Positions 48,153 through 61,653 are shown, numbered from the stretch's first letter. The stretch is 64,000 nt of DNA from Lingula anatina (GCA_051362555.1 CM120649.1:17684567-17748566); one strand, 5' to 3'. Program-made: numbers and translations. Notes: generated from the sequence alone by a model not told the origin.

Positions 48153-51100
48153 TAGTCCAAGAAATTGGTGCAGAAAAAAGGGTGAATTGTGCGTTTTTTA
48201 CCTACAAGCATGAAATTTGCCACAGTTGTAGATAATGGAATTCTAAGCTTTTTTGGATATATGGGCATGTCTGAAAATTCCAGTATGGCCGCCAAATCCA
48301 ATATGGCCGCCACAAATACTCTTTTAAATTAAAACATCTAATATATAGTCCTAAAATGGTTTAGAATATCATTTTATAGCTGGAAAATATCATGCTATGA
48401 ATGAATTATCAATATCCGCTTCTACAGGTGTATAGAATTCCAAAACGGCCTCCAAAAGTAAAATAAGCAGTTTACTTACGCAAAATATGCAGCAGTTTTG
48501 TAAAATCATCAAGCACTTACAATTACAAGCATAAAAATTGGCACAGTTATGTAGATCATGATTCTAAGCAACGTTGGATATAGGGGCATGTCTAAAAATT
48601 CCAATATGGCAGCCAATTTCAATATTGCTCCCAAAATACCCTTTCAAGGTGAAAGTCATTTGTATAGTCTTTTATAAAAATATCATTTAATGGTTAGAAA
48701 ATACCATTGTATGTAGGAAGTATCAGTATCTGCCACTTAAGGTTTTAAAATTCCAAAATGGCCTCCAAAAGTCAGCAGACCACAACTATTAAATTGTAAT
48801 CACTCGTGAATAGGCATGTGGGCTTTGCAAACTACCTGTATAATCAGCATATTCCTACCTGTGCAGGAGCTATTCTACAGAGTTTTTAAAAAAACCATCA
48901 AGCATGATACATTTATTATGTACTGAAAACAGTCCTTCTTTTGATAAACCAACATAAGTAGTTTGACTTTTTGCTCTGGATTCTCATTTAGATCAATTCC
49001 CAGTTAGCAATCTTCTTATATGGCACTCATGAGTGACTCCCCCTTTCTAAGAAAAAAAGTATCGTGCAAAATCCATGAAATGTGAAAGAAACACCAGAAT
49101 AACTTAGCCTTAAAAAGGCAAATATAAAAAAACTTGGGGTGTATCAATTTTGTCTGTTGGTTATGATTCTTCAGCTAGATCAGTGCATGGCGCTTCATCA
49201 AATGCTCATAAATATAACAAAAATGACAGCTAATCAAACATACAGGTCTCAACAATTTGGTGTTTTTCATTGGTAAAGTACTAAAAGCGGGGCACATTTG
49301 CACTCGATAATGTTATGATGTTATCTTGTGCTTCAAAAGTAAATTAGAAAAGCTTCTTATTTAAAAAATTGGCTTTAGTACATTCGCAGTAATGGCTACT
49401 GAGAATTTAGTGAACATTTATGAGCAAAGAAATACCTGTACCCCAAACAGAGGGCAGGTGTTGATACGTGCTGTATCCAAGAGTTGCATTGCAGACTTCA
49501 CACTTCGTGCACTAAAAAAGAAGCACTGATAGGCGCCAAACTTTGGTTTTCATTTGATCATTTGGTAACTTGTTTAGTTACAAACTTATACTTTCAAAAA
49601 ACTGAACATGAAAATAAAAGAATTTAAATCCTCCAGACAGTTAATACATACAAAACTTCAAAAAACGATGTATTCTGAGGATTACACCAAGAAATTAGTG
49701 CAATATGGACTTTGAAAGGTAAAAATTCATGAGATTTCCGACATCATTGTCTCTGTGGGACAATCCAGAATGAAGCCATGAGGAGTATTCACTTACCCAG
49801 CTTACAAAATCTACCAGGTAGCTCCTACCACATCTGTTTGTAGTTATGTGTGCAGTTGCTAACTGTGGTGAGGGGAGTCAGAAGCATTGGAAGACTGGTG
49901 CTATAAGGGTTCACACTAGTAACCTACATCTACTAATATGCCCTTCCACACTTTCATGTTCCTATGGACCGTCATGCATGTAAACTGAGTCAGAAGCATT
50001 GGAAGACTGGTCCTATAAGGGTTCACACTAGTAACCTACATCTACTACTATGCCCTACCACACTTTCATATTCCTATTGACCCTCATGCATGTAAACTGA
50101 TGCTTTCTGGTGTTAAAAACGACCAATGCCTCTTGGTATTTTGTTGGGGAAAGTGGATTACATGTAGAAGCTTTAGCTTTAAGGAAATACTGGGAAAGCT
50201 GAGGGAAACACAACTACTAGTAAAGCTAGGCACACATTAATGAATGAAAATTATTTAACCAAATAAGTAGAAATTTCGGTGTAGCTAGCTGTTATCCTCT
50301 GTTGAGATATTGTCCATTTACTAAAGTAAAAGGTTGACCGCCCATAAAATGTGCAACACTTACTTGATAAAATAACTTTCGTTAATTTGAAACTTATTTG
50401 TGAAAATACCTTGACATTTTCATATCCTTGACATTTATAGAGTTGCTGCATGTGGTGTCACAAGAGTAAAGACTGTTGTCAGTCAGATTATATAGTAGTC
50501 TTTTTTTACTTTAAAAGGGTTTTAGTGGCCATATTAGAATAATCAGACATGTCCTTATATAACAAATTGCTTAGAATCCTGTTCTGTACAATTGAGCCAA
50601 TTTTCATGCTTGTAGTTTTAAGTGCATGATGAATTCACCATACTGCTGCTGTGAGTGGCCTGTTTTTCTTATTTTTGGAGGCCATTTTGGATTTCTATAC
50701 ACTTAAAGAATCAAATATTGATACTTCATGCATACCATAGTCTTGTCTAACCATAAAATGTTATCTTAAGTTATTATAGGATTATATATACTTGAAGTTT
50801 TAATTTGAACGGGTATTTGTGTCGGCTATATTGGATTTGGGGGCCATATATTGAAATTTTTAGACATGCTCATACATCCAAAAGTGCTTGGAATCCTGTT
50901 TTACAACTGAACCAAATGCCATGCTTGTAGTTTTTGATGAATTAACCACTCTGCTGGATATCTTGGATTAGTAGAGTGCTTTTTACTATTGGCGGCCATT
51001 TTGGATTTAATACACCTAAAAAAGCAAATATTGATTCTGAATTCATACCGTGGTGTTTTTTAACCTTTGTATGATATTTACGCCCTTAAAAGACTATATA

Positions 51101-51579
51101 CTTGAAGTTTTAATTAGAAGCCGTATTTTTGGAGGCCATCTTGGATTTGAAGGCCATTTTTAAATTTTCGGATATGCCCATACATCCAAACTTGCTCAGA
51201 ATTTCATTTTCCACAAACCTGCCAAATTTTATGCTTGTAGTTTTAAGTGCTTGATGAATTCCCCATTCAAATGGATAACTTGAATAAATGGTCTGCTTTT
51301 TTTACTTTTGGCGGCCATTTTGGATTTAATACACCTGAAGGATTCCTACCATAGTGTTTTCTAACCTTTATATGATATTTTAAGTCATTAGAAGACTATG
51401 TACTTGATGTTTTAATTTGAAAAGGTATTTTGGTGGCCATATTGGATTTGACGGCCATTTTGGAATTTTCAGACATGCCCATATATCCAAATTTGCTTAG
51501 AATTTTATTGTCCATAAGTGTGCCAAATTTCATGCTTGTAGGTAAAAAATGCACAATTTTTCACCAATTTCCTGGACTA
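48153..51579. mobile_element. Non-autonomous Academ-like DNA transposon (3.4 kb, long TIRs, 3-bp TSD CTG)
   Basis: Starts TAGTCCAAGAAATTGGTG, ends CACCAATTTCCTGGACTA; inverted similarity extends for hundreds of bp; CTG on both flanks (48150-48152, 51580-51582). TAG...CTA termini, long TIRs and a 3-bp TSD fit Academ. No transposase ORF. Confidence 0.8.
49875..50100. repeat. 112-bp tandem duplication inside the Academ-like element
   Basis: GAGTCAGAAGCATTGGAAGACTGG at 49875 and 49987. Confidence 0.93.
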
Positions 51580-51864
51580 CTGTGGGCTCATGCCAGCATG
51601 TAAACCTCATAATGTTTTATATGTATGTATAACAATGAAGAACTCAATTTATATATTTTTTCAAAGTGCCCTCAACGAATAGAATTTTGTAATCTTATAT
51701 TAAGCTATAATTAATTTTGATAAATTTAATTTTTCTTTGGCAAATTTGCCATATAGCCATGCTGAAGTGAGCCCACTACCCATCACCATGTATATCTTAC
51801 AGGAAAACTTATAGAAGAAGTGGAGAAATAAGAGCAATAGCAGGGACAATTCTTTTCCGCTCAC

Positions 51865-51918
51865 CTTCCTTTAAAAAACCTTCAGATCGTCGGATTCATG
51901 AGTTTCACTTCACAGACT
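51865..51918 (-). other. Candidate 54-nt non-coding exon
   Basis: Branch-like GCTAAT, acceptor TCTTTTCTTATATTACAG|AGT, donor AAG|GTGAGC; stops in all three frames; contains uORF MNPTI*. Confidence 0.55.
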
Positions 51919-54900
51919 CTGTAATATAAGAAAAGATCACATTAGCACTTTTTATCAGAAATACCTCTCAATTAGAAATAAATAAACGCAACAGACTAAT
52001 CTGAAAAGAAACACCAATATGTTTCAATCTTATAAATGAACCAAACTTTTGGTAGCAATTTCTTTTTCTATGATCTTTTTTTATACACGGTTATATTGTA
52101 TTTAATTATTAGCCATATTTTCCTAGGAATTTCTCTAGGAATATGATTTTCTATTCTTTGGTGTGATATAACATATTTCCTGAGGGAATTTCCCTCACCA
52201 ATGTAACACTTACACTGGTAAATATTTTTGCCTAACTATTACTGTTATAAATATTTCCTCCTAATGACTACTGTTATAAGTATTTGGCAGTAAATGCTAC
52301 AGTACCGTTATTAACATTTTCCTCCTACCACTACTGATATAAATGTTATACTACCCAGAACAGTAAACACGTGTATCTTCATACATGATTCATGTTTCAA
52401 CACACATCAAAATAAATATTATCATTAATCTTTGGCAGAATGATCAGCAATCACTACTGGACAAATAATCACAGTTTTTGACTCTGACTGAAAGATGTCC
52501 TCATGACAACGTTCTGGACGCGTTTTCACAAGCCCAATTTGGACCAATTGTTGGTCCTAACTTTCAATCGGAAATTTCTTATCTAGGTCAACTTTGGATA
52601 AACTAATTATCTGTGACAGTGGGCATCGTTCTTTTCTCTCCATGCTTAACAGACTAAATACAGCAAATGAGGCAATTACTCATAAATTTTTATCACCTCA
52701 CGTAATCCTACTAGTATGTCGCTGTTTCAAAAACATTCCAAATCAGCATTTCTATCACTAATAAAAAGACATTTTGAGACAAAAACTAGGTTTTTGCACA
52801 GTTTGGAGGTACATTATTTTTATTTTTTTATTTATTTATTTATTTTTTATTTTTTTGATATTACTAACAAAAATTAAAAGAATTAAATCTACATTTGATT
52901 TGAAAATAACCACTGTTGTATGTATTACTCATTCTCATTTGACTGTTTATCTGCCAGTAATTAATATAAATAATCACAGTTTTTGCCAGCACGTAAGCAT
53001 AATAGTGATGAGGGCATATTTTATCCAAATACAGCATAATGTGTGACAGACACTTCATATGACAGCTAGTTTTTTTAAACCTTAACAATTTTAAAAATTT
53101 TAAATGAGGGAGCATTCATGGAGTCTCACAGTGCCACAGGCGAAAATTGATTTATTTTTCAAACAGAATAAAAATCTGATTCTAATCAAGAAAACATTTG
53201 GGTCCAGCTTTTTGATTGAGTAGTGATGGTGAATTTTTCACTGGACTTACTTTCATACAATGAAGATTACTGATAATGTGCAGGAAAAAGTATGAAAGTG
53301 AACATTTCTTGCCAATTGAAACAATGCCTTTCTCTTCAATTATTTCAGTAAGATCTACGAGCTTGTTGTCACAAGCATAACCTAACAAGCAGTTAAACAA
53401 AAATTTGGCTAGTAAAATTGTCTGGTGGTTGCCCCAAACAAACAGTCGTCAACTAAAATAGCAGCAATCCAATACTACACTAGTATGACAGTCAAGCCTT
53501 AGAAATATTTTTTGTTTTTGAATTCAGATTTTTTAAAGGTATAATCTTGCATTAAAATATTAAAATCCTGCAATGCTTAAATTAAAGTTGTGCGCTTCCT
53601 TTTTAAAAAGTTCCCATTCTAATACTTTAAAAGAAAAAAAAAAGCTGCTGATTATATAAATTCTGCAACAATACAGGTAAACCAATACCATGTCAATCAC
53701 AAGGTTTAAAAAACACTCCTTAAAAGACATTTTTAAAGTGTAATCTCATCTTTACAAGAAGTCAAGATCTCCCATAAAACCTGCATCAATTACAGATATT
53801 CAATGCCCAAACTGCTTGTCAATCAGCAAGATTTTCAAAAGGAATATAATATTTCTTAAAAGACATCCAGTAAATGCTGTCTCAACTTCACAAGTAGAAC
53901 GCAAACCAAACAATTTAAATAACAATTAAAACACCCGTTCTCAAAATGAACTTACAAGCAAAGCAAAAAAGCCCCCGCAACAATCAATACAAAATCACAA
54001 GCTGTTAAAAAGATGGTGACTCAAGCAACCCTCATAATTATCCGGATGTTTTTCAAACTTTTCTGTCACCGTTAGATCATCAATCATCGGATCTACGTGA
54101 CCAGGTGATTATTTTTTTTTTTTACAAAATGGGCCTGCGATAGACTGGATATCCCTTCTCTGCACAGTGCGCGTGGAAATAAATTTGTCCATTATCTGGG
54201 TTATCAGCAAGATTAGACGCGTTCAGACTTATACAACCTTGAAACGGATATATCCTAGATCCCATGGACATCCCAAAAGAGTGTTCGCCCACTAAGATTT
54301 AAGCACCTCCAGTGCAGCAGGACCTTTGTGGCCACCACACTGTAAGCAGAGTTACATCCCATTAAAGCTCAAATCATTGAATTATCACTGAACTAATTTC
54401 ATCATCTGAAGTGTTTTGGACACTTTTCTCTGTTTTTCCTGCATCTTACGGATTATTCTGCAGCAAAGTAGATCAAAAATGGACAAGTGGAAAATAATAG
54501 AGTCTTGGGCAACAAGTATGCTGGTTCAGAATTATTCATTAACCTACCTTTTTTATTATTACTATTCACCACAGGAAAGGATGAAAAGATAGCATCATCA
54601 TCATTTATTAAAACAAAATCAGTTGTACTGAACATGTTTAAAATACTCCATAAGTCATATTTTATTTGTGGACATATCCTGAAAAGCTAGTAATCCTCTC
54701 AGTTCTAACTTCAAAAGATAAAAGACCCCTCAAATGTAAGTACTGGAAATGGCACAGGGTCTATTTCAAATTTTGATTCTGGGTGGGGCATTTGCAGGCC
54801 AAAATTGCAGTCTCCCCCCCCCCCCCCCCCCCCCCTTAAAAAAAAACCCTGCCTAGGTATTTACAGTGGCCTGCCGCTGTTGGTAAGTTTTCAACTGGCT

Positions 54901-57224
54901 GACCATTTAGCAAGCGTGCCGTTGCTCCTCAAACATCAATATATCTCGAACTGTTATTAATTCTCAGTGTAGTATATTTGTTTGCTGTCTTTATCATAAT
55001 GATGCAGTCATCTGAAATGTTTGAATTCTGCGCAATATCAGAATTGCAATAACCTACGAATTTTGTAGTATTTGCTATCAAGATCAGCTTGTCAAAGTTT
55101 AAGAAATGTTTGAATTTTGTATCATATCAGAAACTGAATATAAGTAATTAATTTTAGGTTCTTGTGTCATTTCTCCACCTTACCAACTCTACCAAAGCTA
55201 AATAAATCTCCTAATTCTATCAAAAAATCAAAAAGTCATCAATTCTAGGTCTTACTCATCTGTTTGATAACATTATATACATGTACCAGTAGATGTATAG
55301 ATTGGGTTTGTTGCTGAGATTTTGGTGAACTGATCCTCACAAGCTGCTGACAAGAAGGCAGCGTGTTCATAAAACCTAGTCATGTTAAAGTCAAAAACAA
55401 CAATCGCTACAGCAGACTTTGATTGCTAGATCTACTTAAAAAGATTTTTTATTACCTAAACAAACAGAGAGGGCCTGTCAATGAAGGAGCACTCCCCACG
55501 TTTCACTTTAGACCAGGGAGTGACTACTTATGTTATCAACGAACTAAAATGCACGACCAAAATCTTGATATCCTCAACACGAACTGGCAGGCTATTACCT
55601 TAAACGAAGAAATGAAGACTTTTCAATTTACTTGTTTTGAAGAAAAAATACTTTAACAAAATTGTGTTTGCGACCTTTTGTGCCAAATTGTCAAACTCAC
55701 AGCAGGAAAGTCTAAGCTTAATAACAAACTATACTGGGGTGTCACAGGGTTTTTTTTTCCATCAGACTATGAAAGGAGGAAAGGAGATCATGATATGCAT
55801 GCTTAAAGAGCCCAATAAAGAATCAGCCTAAAAAAATACAAAAAATAAAGCTTTCCCAACATGCAAAATGGTACAATAATCTTATTAAGATTATAATAAT
55901 AATTTTTTTTCCTCCACTATTTCTATTTTGTAACATGAGAGAAATAAACAGTTAAAACGATGAACAACATAATCTTGAAAATCTGCAATTTCCCCCCATT
56001 TACGCGAGTTTTCGATCAATCCTCGTACATCAACCCAAAGAATTCCCACCTGGAATTAATAACCCATAATATTCCCAAGAATCCAGTACACTGCCAGTAA
56101 CAATTTCATCTGTGACACAATCTCTTAAAAAAAAAAAAATAAAAAAAAAAGGCCCAAGCTATTACAACTATGAGGGTTTCAGCAGGGTTTTCCCCACTCA
56201 AAATGGGATGGCAGTCAAAAGCCAGTGCTCTCTTTTGGTTCTGGTTTTGCAAAAGACTTTGAGACCAAAAACTGGATAAAACTTAAAGATCAAAATTTTC
56301 TGTCCACATAAATGAGAAAAATTATCAATAAAGTTCAATTCAGCTGAAACATTGTGTGTTCTATAAAATGGAAGAATTTGTTCACTATTTATATATAATA
56401 ATTAGACCCATCTCTTAACTTAAATTTCACTTAAATGTTCTTGCTCTTTCATATATTTATGAAGATCATATAAGCTAAGATCACCACAGTGCCAAACATT
56501 ATTTTATGAATACCTCATTTAATTAGGCTACTACTGATTAACCTTGGGTTAAAGTAGACTTTAACTTTGGTCTAAAAGTTAAGCCTAATTTTCCAGTTGA
56601 AGTCCTTTTTCATTAAACAAGGCCCAGCACTACATGTAAACCACACCTAGATAATGTATATCATTCCATTTGCAGCCTGGAGGACAAGAATGGTTTTTGG
56701 ATTACGTGAGAGATAAAAGCCTCAGGTAGCCACTCCTGGATATCTCTTACCTGGATACAGCTCTGTGGAAAGTTACCTGGAATCTAGTGCAGCTACCTGA
56801 CACTTTTCTGTCTTAGATCATTTCACTTAGATTATCACACACACCAAATGTGTATTGCATTTGCAACTCAGAAACATAAAATGATGTTCTTTAAATAAAA
56901 CTTTATTAAATCCACTATACATATATTTTTAATCTTTAGGCCAGCTTAAAAATCAACTTTTAACAAATATATTTTCCTGAAACTGACCCTAGCTATACAA
57001 AATTTCTCTGAAAAACTTTACTGAAATTGTAAAAATCTTGACAAACATGAGACAAATTCTTTGACGATCAGTGGTATGACCACATTCATGACCAATACTA
57101 TATAATTTCCTGTCTCGATTCACTCCCCGCCACCCCTATTGTTCTCGTCCATAACTGGCATACCTCTACCCTACTGTGAGATAGATGTGGAGGTCAAAGC
57201 AGGCAATCGGTCTGTCATCTATCG

Positions 57225-57411
57225 CAACTACCCTGGTGACCCCTACAGGGCAAATCACAACTACCCTGCTGACCCCTACAGGGCAAATCACAACTACCCT
57301 GCTGACCCCTACAGGGCAAATCACAACTACCCTGCTGACCCCTACAGGGCACATCACAACTACCCTGGTGACTCCTACAGGGCAAATCACAACTACCCTG
57401 GTGACCCCTAC
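57225..57411. repeat. 33-bp minisatellite, about 5.7 copies
   Basis: CAACTACCCTG(C/G)TGACCCCTACAGGGCAAATCA repeated in tandem. Confidence 0.95.
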
Positions 57412-57776
57412 TGAAAGCAATATCAGATCAGCAGACTTTAAAGAGACAGGAAATTAATTCTACGTAACTCTTTGTGGATACCTGTATTAAGGGCAACAAT
57501 GAAACAGTTAATACTTCTACGGTATATTGCATAAATATTTCAAAACAACTTAAAATAAAATTTGTTACAATTTTAGAAAGATGTAAGATTTTAAAATTGG
57601 AGGCTATCATATAAGCTGCAAAATCAACAAAATAATAAAAGAGATGTATATCTTTATACAAAAGTTAAGTCACATTCAGAAGGTGAGTCAAATTCAGTCA
57701 AGTAAAAAAGGTTCACCCTCTCTTTAAAAAATATATTTCTACCTTCAAAATAATAATAAGTTATTTATTTATTTAC

Positions 57777-58193
57777 ACCAAGAGTCTTGAAAGGCGAATC
57801 AATGCTTTTGAAATGCGCTGCTTCAGACGAATACTTGGTATCACATAGAAGCAGAAAATCACAAACATCCAAGTCGAAGAAAAAATTACAAGACACATTG
57901 GCATCTATGAACCCCTCTTGGGGGACAGCAAGAAGGCGGAAGCTACAGTGGTTCGGACATGTTACACGCCAGACTGGAACTCTTGCTTACGGCATAATGC
58001 ACGTAGCAGTTAAAGAAAGCCGAGGCAGAGGGCGGCCAAGAAACACATGGACAGGAGACATCGTAGCTTGGACAAAGCGAAACGCAATGACCTGTGTCAG
58101 ACTGGCAAGGGACCCCGAGGGATGGATGAAAATTGTGAACTCATCAAAGTGCCCCAACGGCCAGTGAAGCTACAGGAGTCACCTGACCTGACC
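57777..58193 (+). mobile_element. 5'-truncated, decayed RTE-clade LINE (C-terminal ORF fragment plus 3' tail)
   Basis: Translates as ERRINAFEMRCFRRILGIT*KQKITN...EPLLG, frameshift, TARRRKLQWFGHVTR...GRGRPRNTWTGDI...ARDPEGW, the typical RTE C-terminal motifs. Premature TAG at 57846. Short (ACCTG)n tail; candidate TSD ATTTATTTAC at 57767-57776 and 58194-58203. Confidence 0.9.
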
Positions 58194-58778
58194 ATTTATT
58201 TACTCGTTTACTTTATTTATTCTTTTTTTTTTTTTTTTTTTTTGTATTCAAAATACTTTTTGCCACACCAAAAAATTGGTGAACTATTTTGGCACATGGC
58301 AATCACTTCCCACAACATAAAACCACTTGTCCCGATATTGAAACCAATTCTAATTAATCTCAAAATTTATTAAGCAGGTGTAAACTTATACTCCAAGTCT
58401 GGTAAAAACATCCATTCAAATAACCCCTTTCATTCTCTCGTAGAATACATAAAACCGATAATGTTACATTCAGCAAAAGACTTGAAACAATCATAAATCA
58501 CGCCTGTATCCATATTCACATCGTGCCGGCAGGACTTCGAACCATTTAACTTTTGCTTTCAAGGTCATGTAAACAGAAAAAAATCCCGCTTTTCAATTTC
58601 ATTTTATGGACTCACTGATTGTAAAATCCCTAAAGATCACCAAAACTTCAGAGTGCGTAAAATCTGTGAAAAAGTAAGCTTTTAAAACTTAGCATGAGAA
58701 ACAGCTAATATCTGAAACTTGGGGAACAAACCAATTTTTAAGGATAAAAATCATAAGACTTTCGTGCAAAAAGAACTT

Positions 58779-58975
58779 CAGGGTGCATGCAAAATGTCAA
58801 AAAGACACAGGGAAGACAAAGGCAATCTTTGGGGTCTTCTGGAAGTTAGTTAGAATTTTTCAAGTTTCCACTGACAAGCAAATAATTTTTCTGTCAGAAG
58901 ACAGTCAAAAATGGAGGATGGACCAACAAAGACAATTTGGAAGATCGTCAGAAAATATATCCAGATCGGATCCTG
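58779..58975 (+). mobile_element. Interspersed repeat family B, copy 3
   Basis: GGTCTTCTGGAAG...TTTTCAAGTTTCCACTGAC...GAAGACAGTCAAAAATGGAGGATGGA...CAGAAAATATATCCAGATCGGATCCTG. Confidence 0.7.
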
Positions 58976-59148
58976 AGGCAACCTCTGAAACTTGGGGTGA
59001 GAAACTCAGGGTGAGAAACTCAGGGTGATCCAATAAAGCAGTGCATTGCTGAGCCTTTGTGGTGAATAATAAGCCTAGCAGCCACCTGTGCTGGCAAATC
59101 AATACAGCTCTGGCAGCTGAAAGATTACATAACTGTCTGGCCTGCCTG

Positions 59149-59214
59149 AGGTCAACCCAGAAACTAGGGCATGTCAGAAAACTAGGTCACGTCGGTAAGG
59201 TCAAATCTAGGTCA
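59149..59214 (+). promoter_or_regulatory. Nuclear-receptor element cluster: four AGGTCA, a perfect DR5 and two RORE-type monomer sites
   Basis: AGGTCA at 59149, 59184, 59198, 59209; 59198-59214 = AGGTCA-aatct-AGGTCA; AAACTAGGTCA and AATCTAGGTCA match WAWNTRGGTCA. Confidence 0.55.
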
Positions 59215-59914
59215 ATTATTGGTGAATTTAGGCATTTAGTGTAGGGTTGAAGGGGAAAAGTGAGAGAGAGATGTGGGGAGGCAGCGATGATGAAAAAATA
59301 GGGTTTTGGATAAATGGGGAGATGAAAGTAGAAACATTGTTATTGTTGAGGAAAAGGATTGTATAACTGTGAAACACACATGTACACGCGCACGCAGAAG
59401 CACTCGCATGCACAACAAAATGCATTGGTCATATTTTCACTGCTGGCTAAAAAATGTCCCTTTCTTCACAAAATTTTAATGCTCTAATTTTAAGTAGCCA
59501 TAGGTCAGTTTCAAAATGGAACATAATAAATAGTTAGTATATCTTAAACTTTAGACCCAAACTTTCGGTTTAGTGAGATGGGATCCCTAATTTTCTGCCC
59601 TAACACCTGCACGTATCATAGCAACAGAACCAGGTATACAAGGTGAGATTGATAAATCAGTACCCTTTTTACCAGCTGATAAAGATTCATTGACTGTCTA
59701 AATTAAATCCCTTCCTAAATGGTAAAAGAAACACCAAGGTTGAAAAGAAAATCACTCGATTAACTTTAAGTGAATGACTTTTACGATAACCCAGGTGCTT
59801 TATTATCTCTCCCATTTCCAAAAGCGAAAAAAATGTTACCTGAAGTGCCCCAGAGGGAACATTTCCACTCAGAGACTGGATCGCATGATTACTGAGCCAA
59901 GTTCACTGTTCTTT

Positions 59915-60067
59915 GGTTACATTCACAATAGGGGACTAAATTGTCTGTGAATCAAATATGGCCGACCCACTTGAATGCTTGTTGTGTAGGGGGATTAGAT
60001 GGCAAGCTTTCAAATGGGACACCAAACTTGATCCACTGACTGATAGTCCACTGTTCTGAATACGGCC
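59915..60067. mobile_element. MITE family A, copy 3 (with a partial fourth copy at about 60089-60160)
   Basis: ATTCACAATAGGGGACTAA ... TAGTCCACTGTTCTGAATACGGCC; internal CAAATATGGCCGACCCACTTGA identical to copy 1. Confidence 0.78.
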
Positions 60068-61519
60068 TTATACTGACATATTCTGCTGAGAGGGCATTCA
60101 GAACAGATGATCTGCGGACTAACTGATCCGCCGACAAAATATGGCTGATCCCACTTAAAAGCAGCACCATTTAATCCCCTGATGGTCTTCCCGCCTCCAC
60201 CCGCGCCATTGAACAGATTAAATCTAGGCTCTGAGGTTTAAATGCAAGGCTCCTGCAGTGATAGTGCTTAGGTAACATGGTGTGTAACTTCACTAACTGC
60301 ATTCTGATGTGACGACTTTCGTAAAATAAATTAATAAAAAAAGCTTCTACACCATGCATGCTTTGAATCAAGTTACATTCTGTAATCACTACTTTTTTTT
60401 TACACAAACAAACACTTAATTCCATGGCAATCTTCCCTCAAAAAAAAACTCCACTCAAGTTCATCTTCATTTCCATGGGAAGAGTCAAGTTTTGATTTTA
60501 AATGGCTGTCTTTTAACCCCAGAGTGGCCTTTCTACAGAAGAGTGAAATACGATATCTCGCCTTCAGGTACACTTGGCCTGCCATCACTTCTCGGGGACA
60601 ATACCATACAAGGGAGTAAATAGGGTGGGCGAACATTTTTCACTTTCCTTCACATTTTTTAAACACTTTATTTCTTAATCAAGAATACCTATACCTAGAA
60701 TAAATACACTGAGAAGATTTCTCCCCCTCTCCCAACTCTTTCTAGATTTCTTTTTTGTCTACCCCAAAGCTTCAGTCTTGACATCCCTCCAAAAAAACAG
60801 GCAAACGCCTGTCATTAGAATATTGGTCAATAATACTGATGCAGGGGCCCTGTCTGGATTACTTTATCTAATAAACATGGGTTTCAAATATTTCCTTTGC
60901 TGTAAACAGCAATTGATATAGCTGACATCTTTAACCAAGGGCTAATCAATGATTCAGACTGATTAAACTTATATTACACTTGTATCTTTAAACTGGTGTT
61001 CACAATCTACAAGTATTTTTCATTAAGGAAAAATGCAAGCCAGGGAAAGACTCTATGGTACAACAGTTTGGTCAGTTCACTTAGTACAGTAATCAACAAT
61101 GTATAATAACATGTGTATTGACCAAACTCTTTAAAAGTACATATAGTGCTTTCATCACATTTTAACTTTTCTGCTTAAAGTTTTGATATCATGGCTAAAA
61201 TTAAAAGAGTAACAAACATCAATCCTTATTTCTCCCCCTCCAATCCTCCCTTTCTAATTCTCTGTAAAATCTTTGATCTTTTCGCATCTTCTGAATGTCT
61301 CCAATAAAATTTCCGACAACATCTAATCTGCATTGTAAATAAATTGCCTACACCAAAAGTAACAAAATCTTAAACAAACAACAAAAATGTAGAGTGGGGG
61401 GAAGTGTGGAATGTCTATTTCAAGACTATCCAAATATTTTGATTAACTGCAAAAAAAAGTTTACAGGAATTCATTTACAACAACCAAGAGTACCCAAGCC
61501 CTCTAGATTTTGGATACTG

Positions 61520-61525
<6 letters not shown>

Positions 61526-61567
<42 letters not shown>

Positions 61568-61586
61568 TGCGCATGTATATGGGTGT

Positions 61587-61651
<65 letters not shown>
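61526..61651. repeat. Compound (AG)n/(TG)n microsatellite
   Basis: Directly visible. Confidence 0.96.

Positions 61652-61653
<2 letters not shown>

Noticed and set aside
57787-58167. 126-aa ORF as a host gene
   Set aside because: Frameshifted RTE LINE remnant; the true frame has a premature stop.
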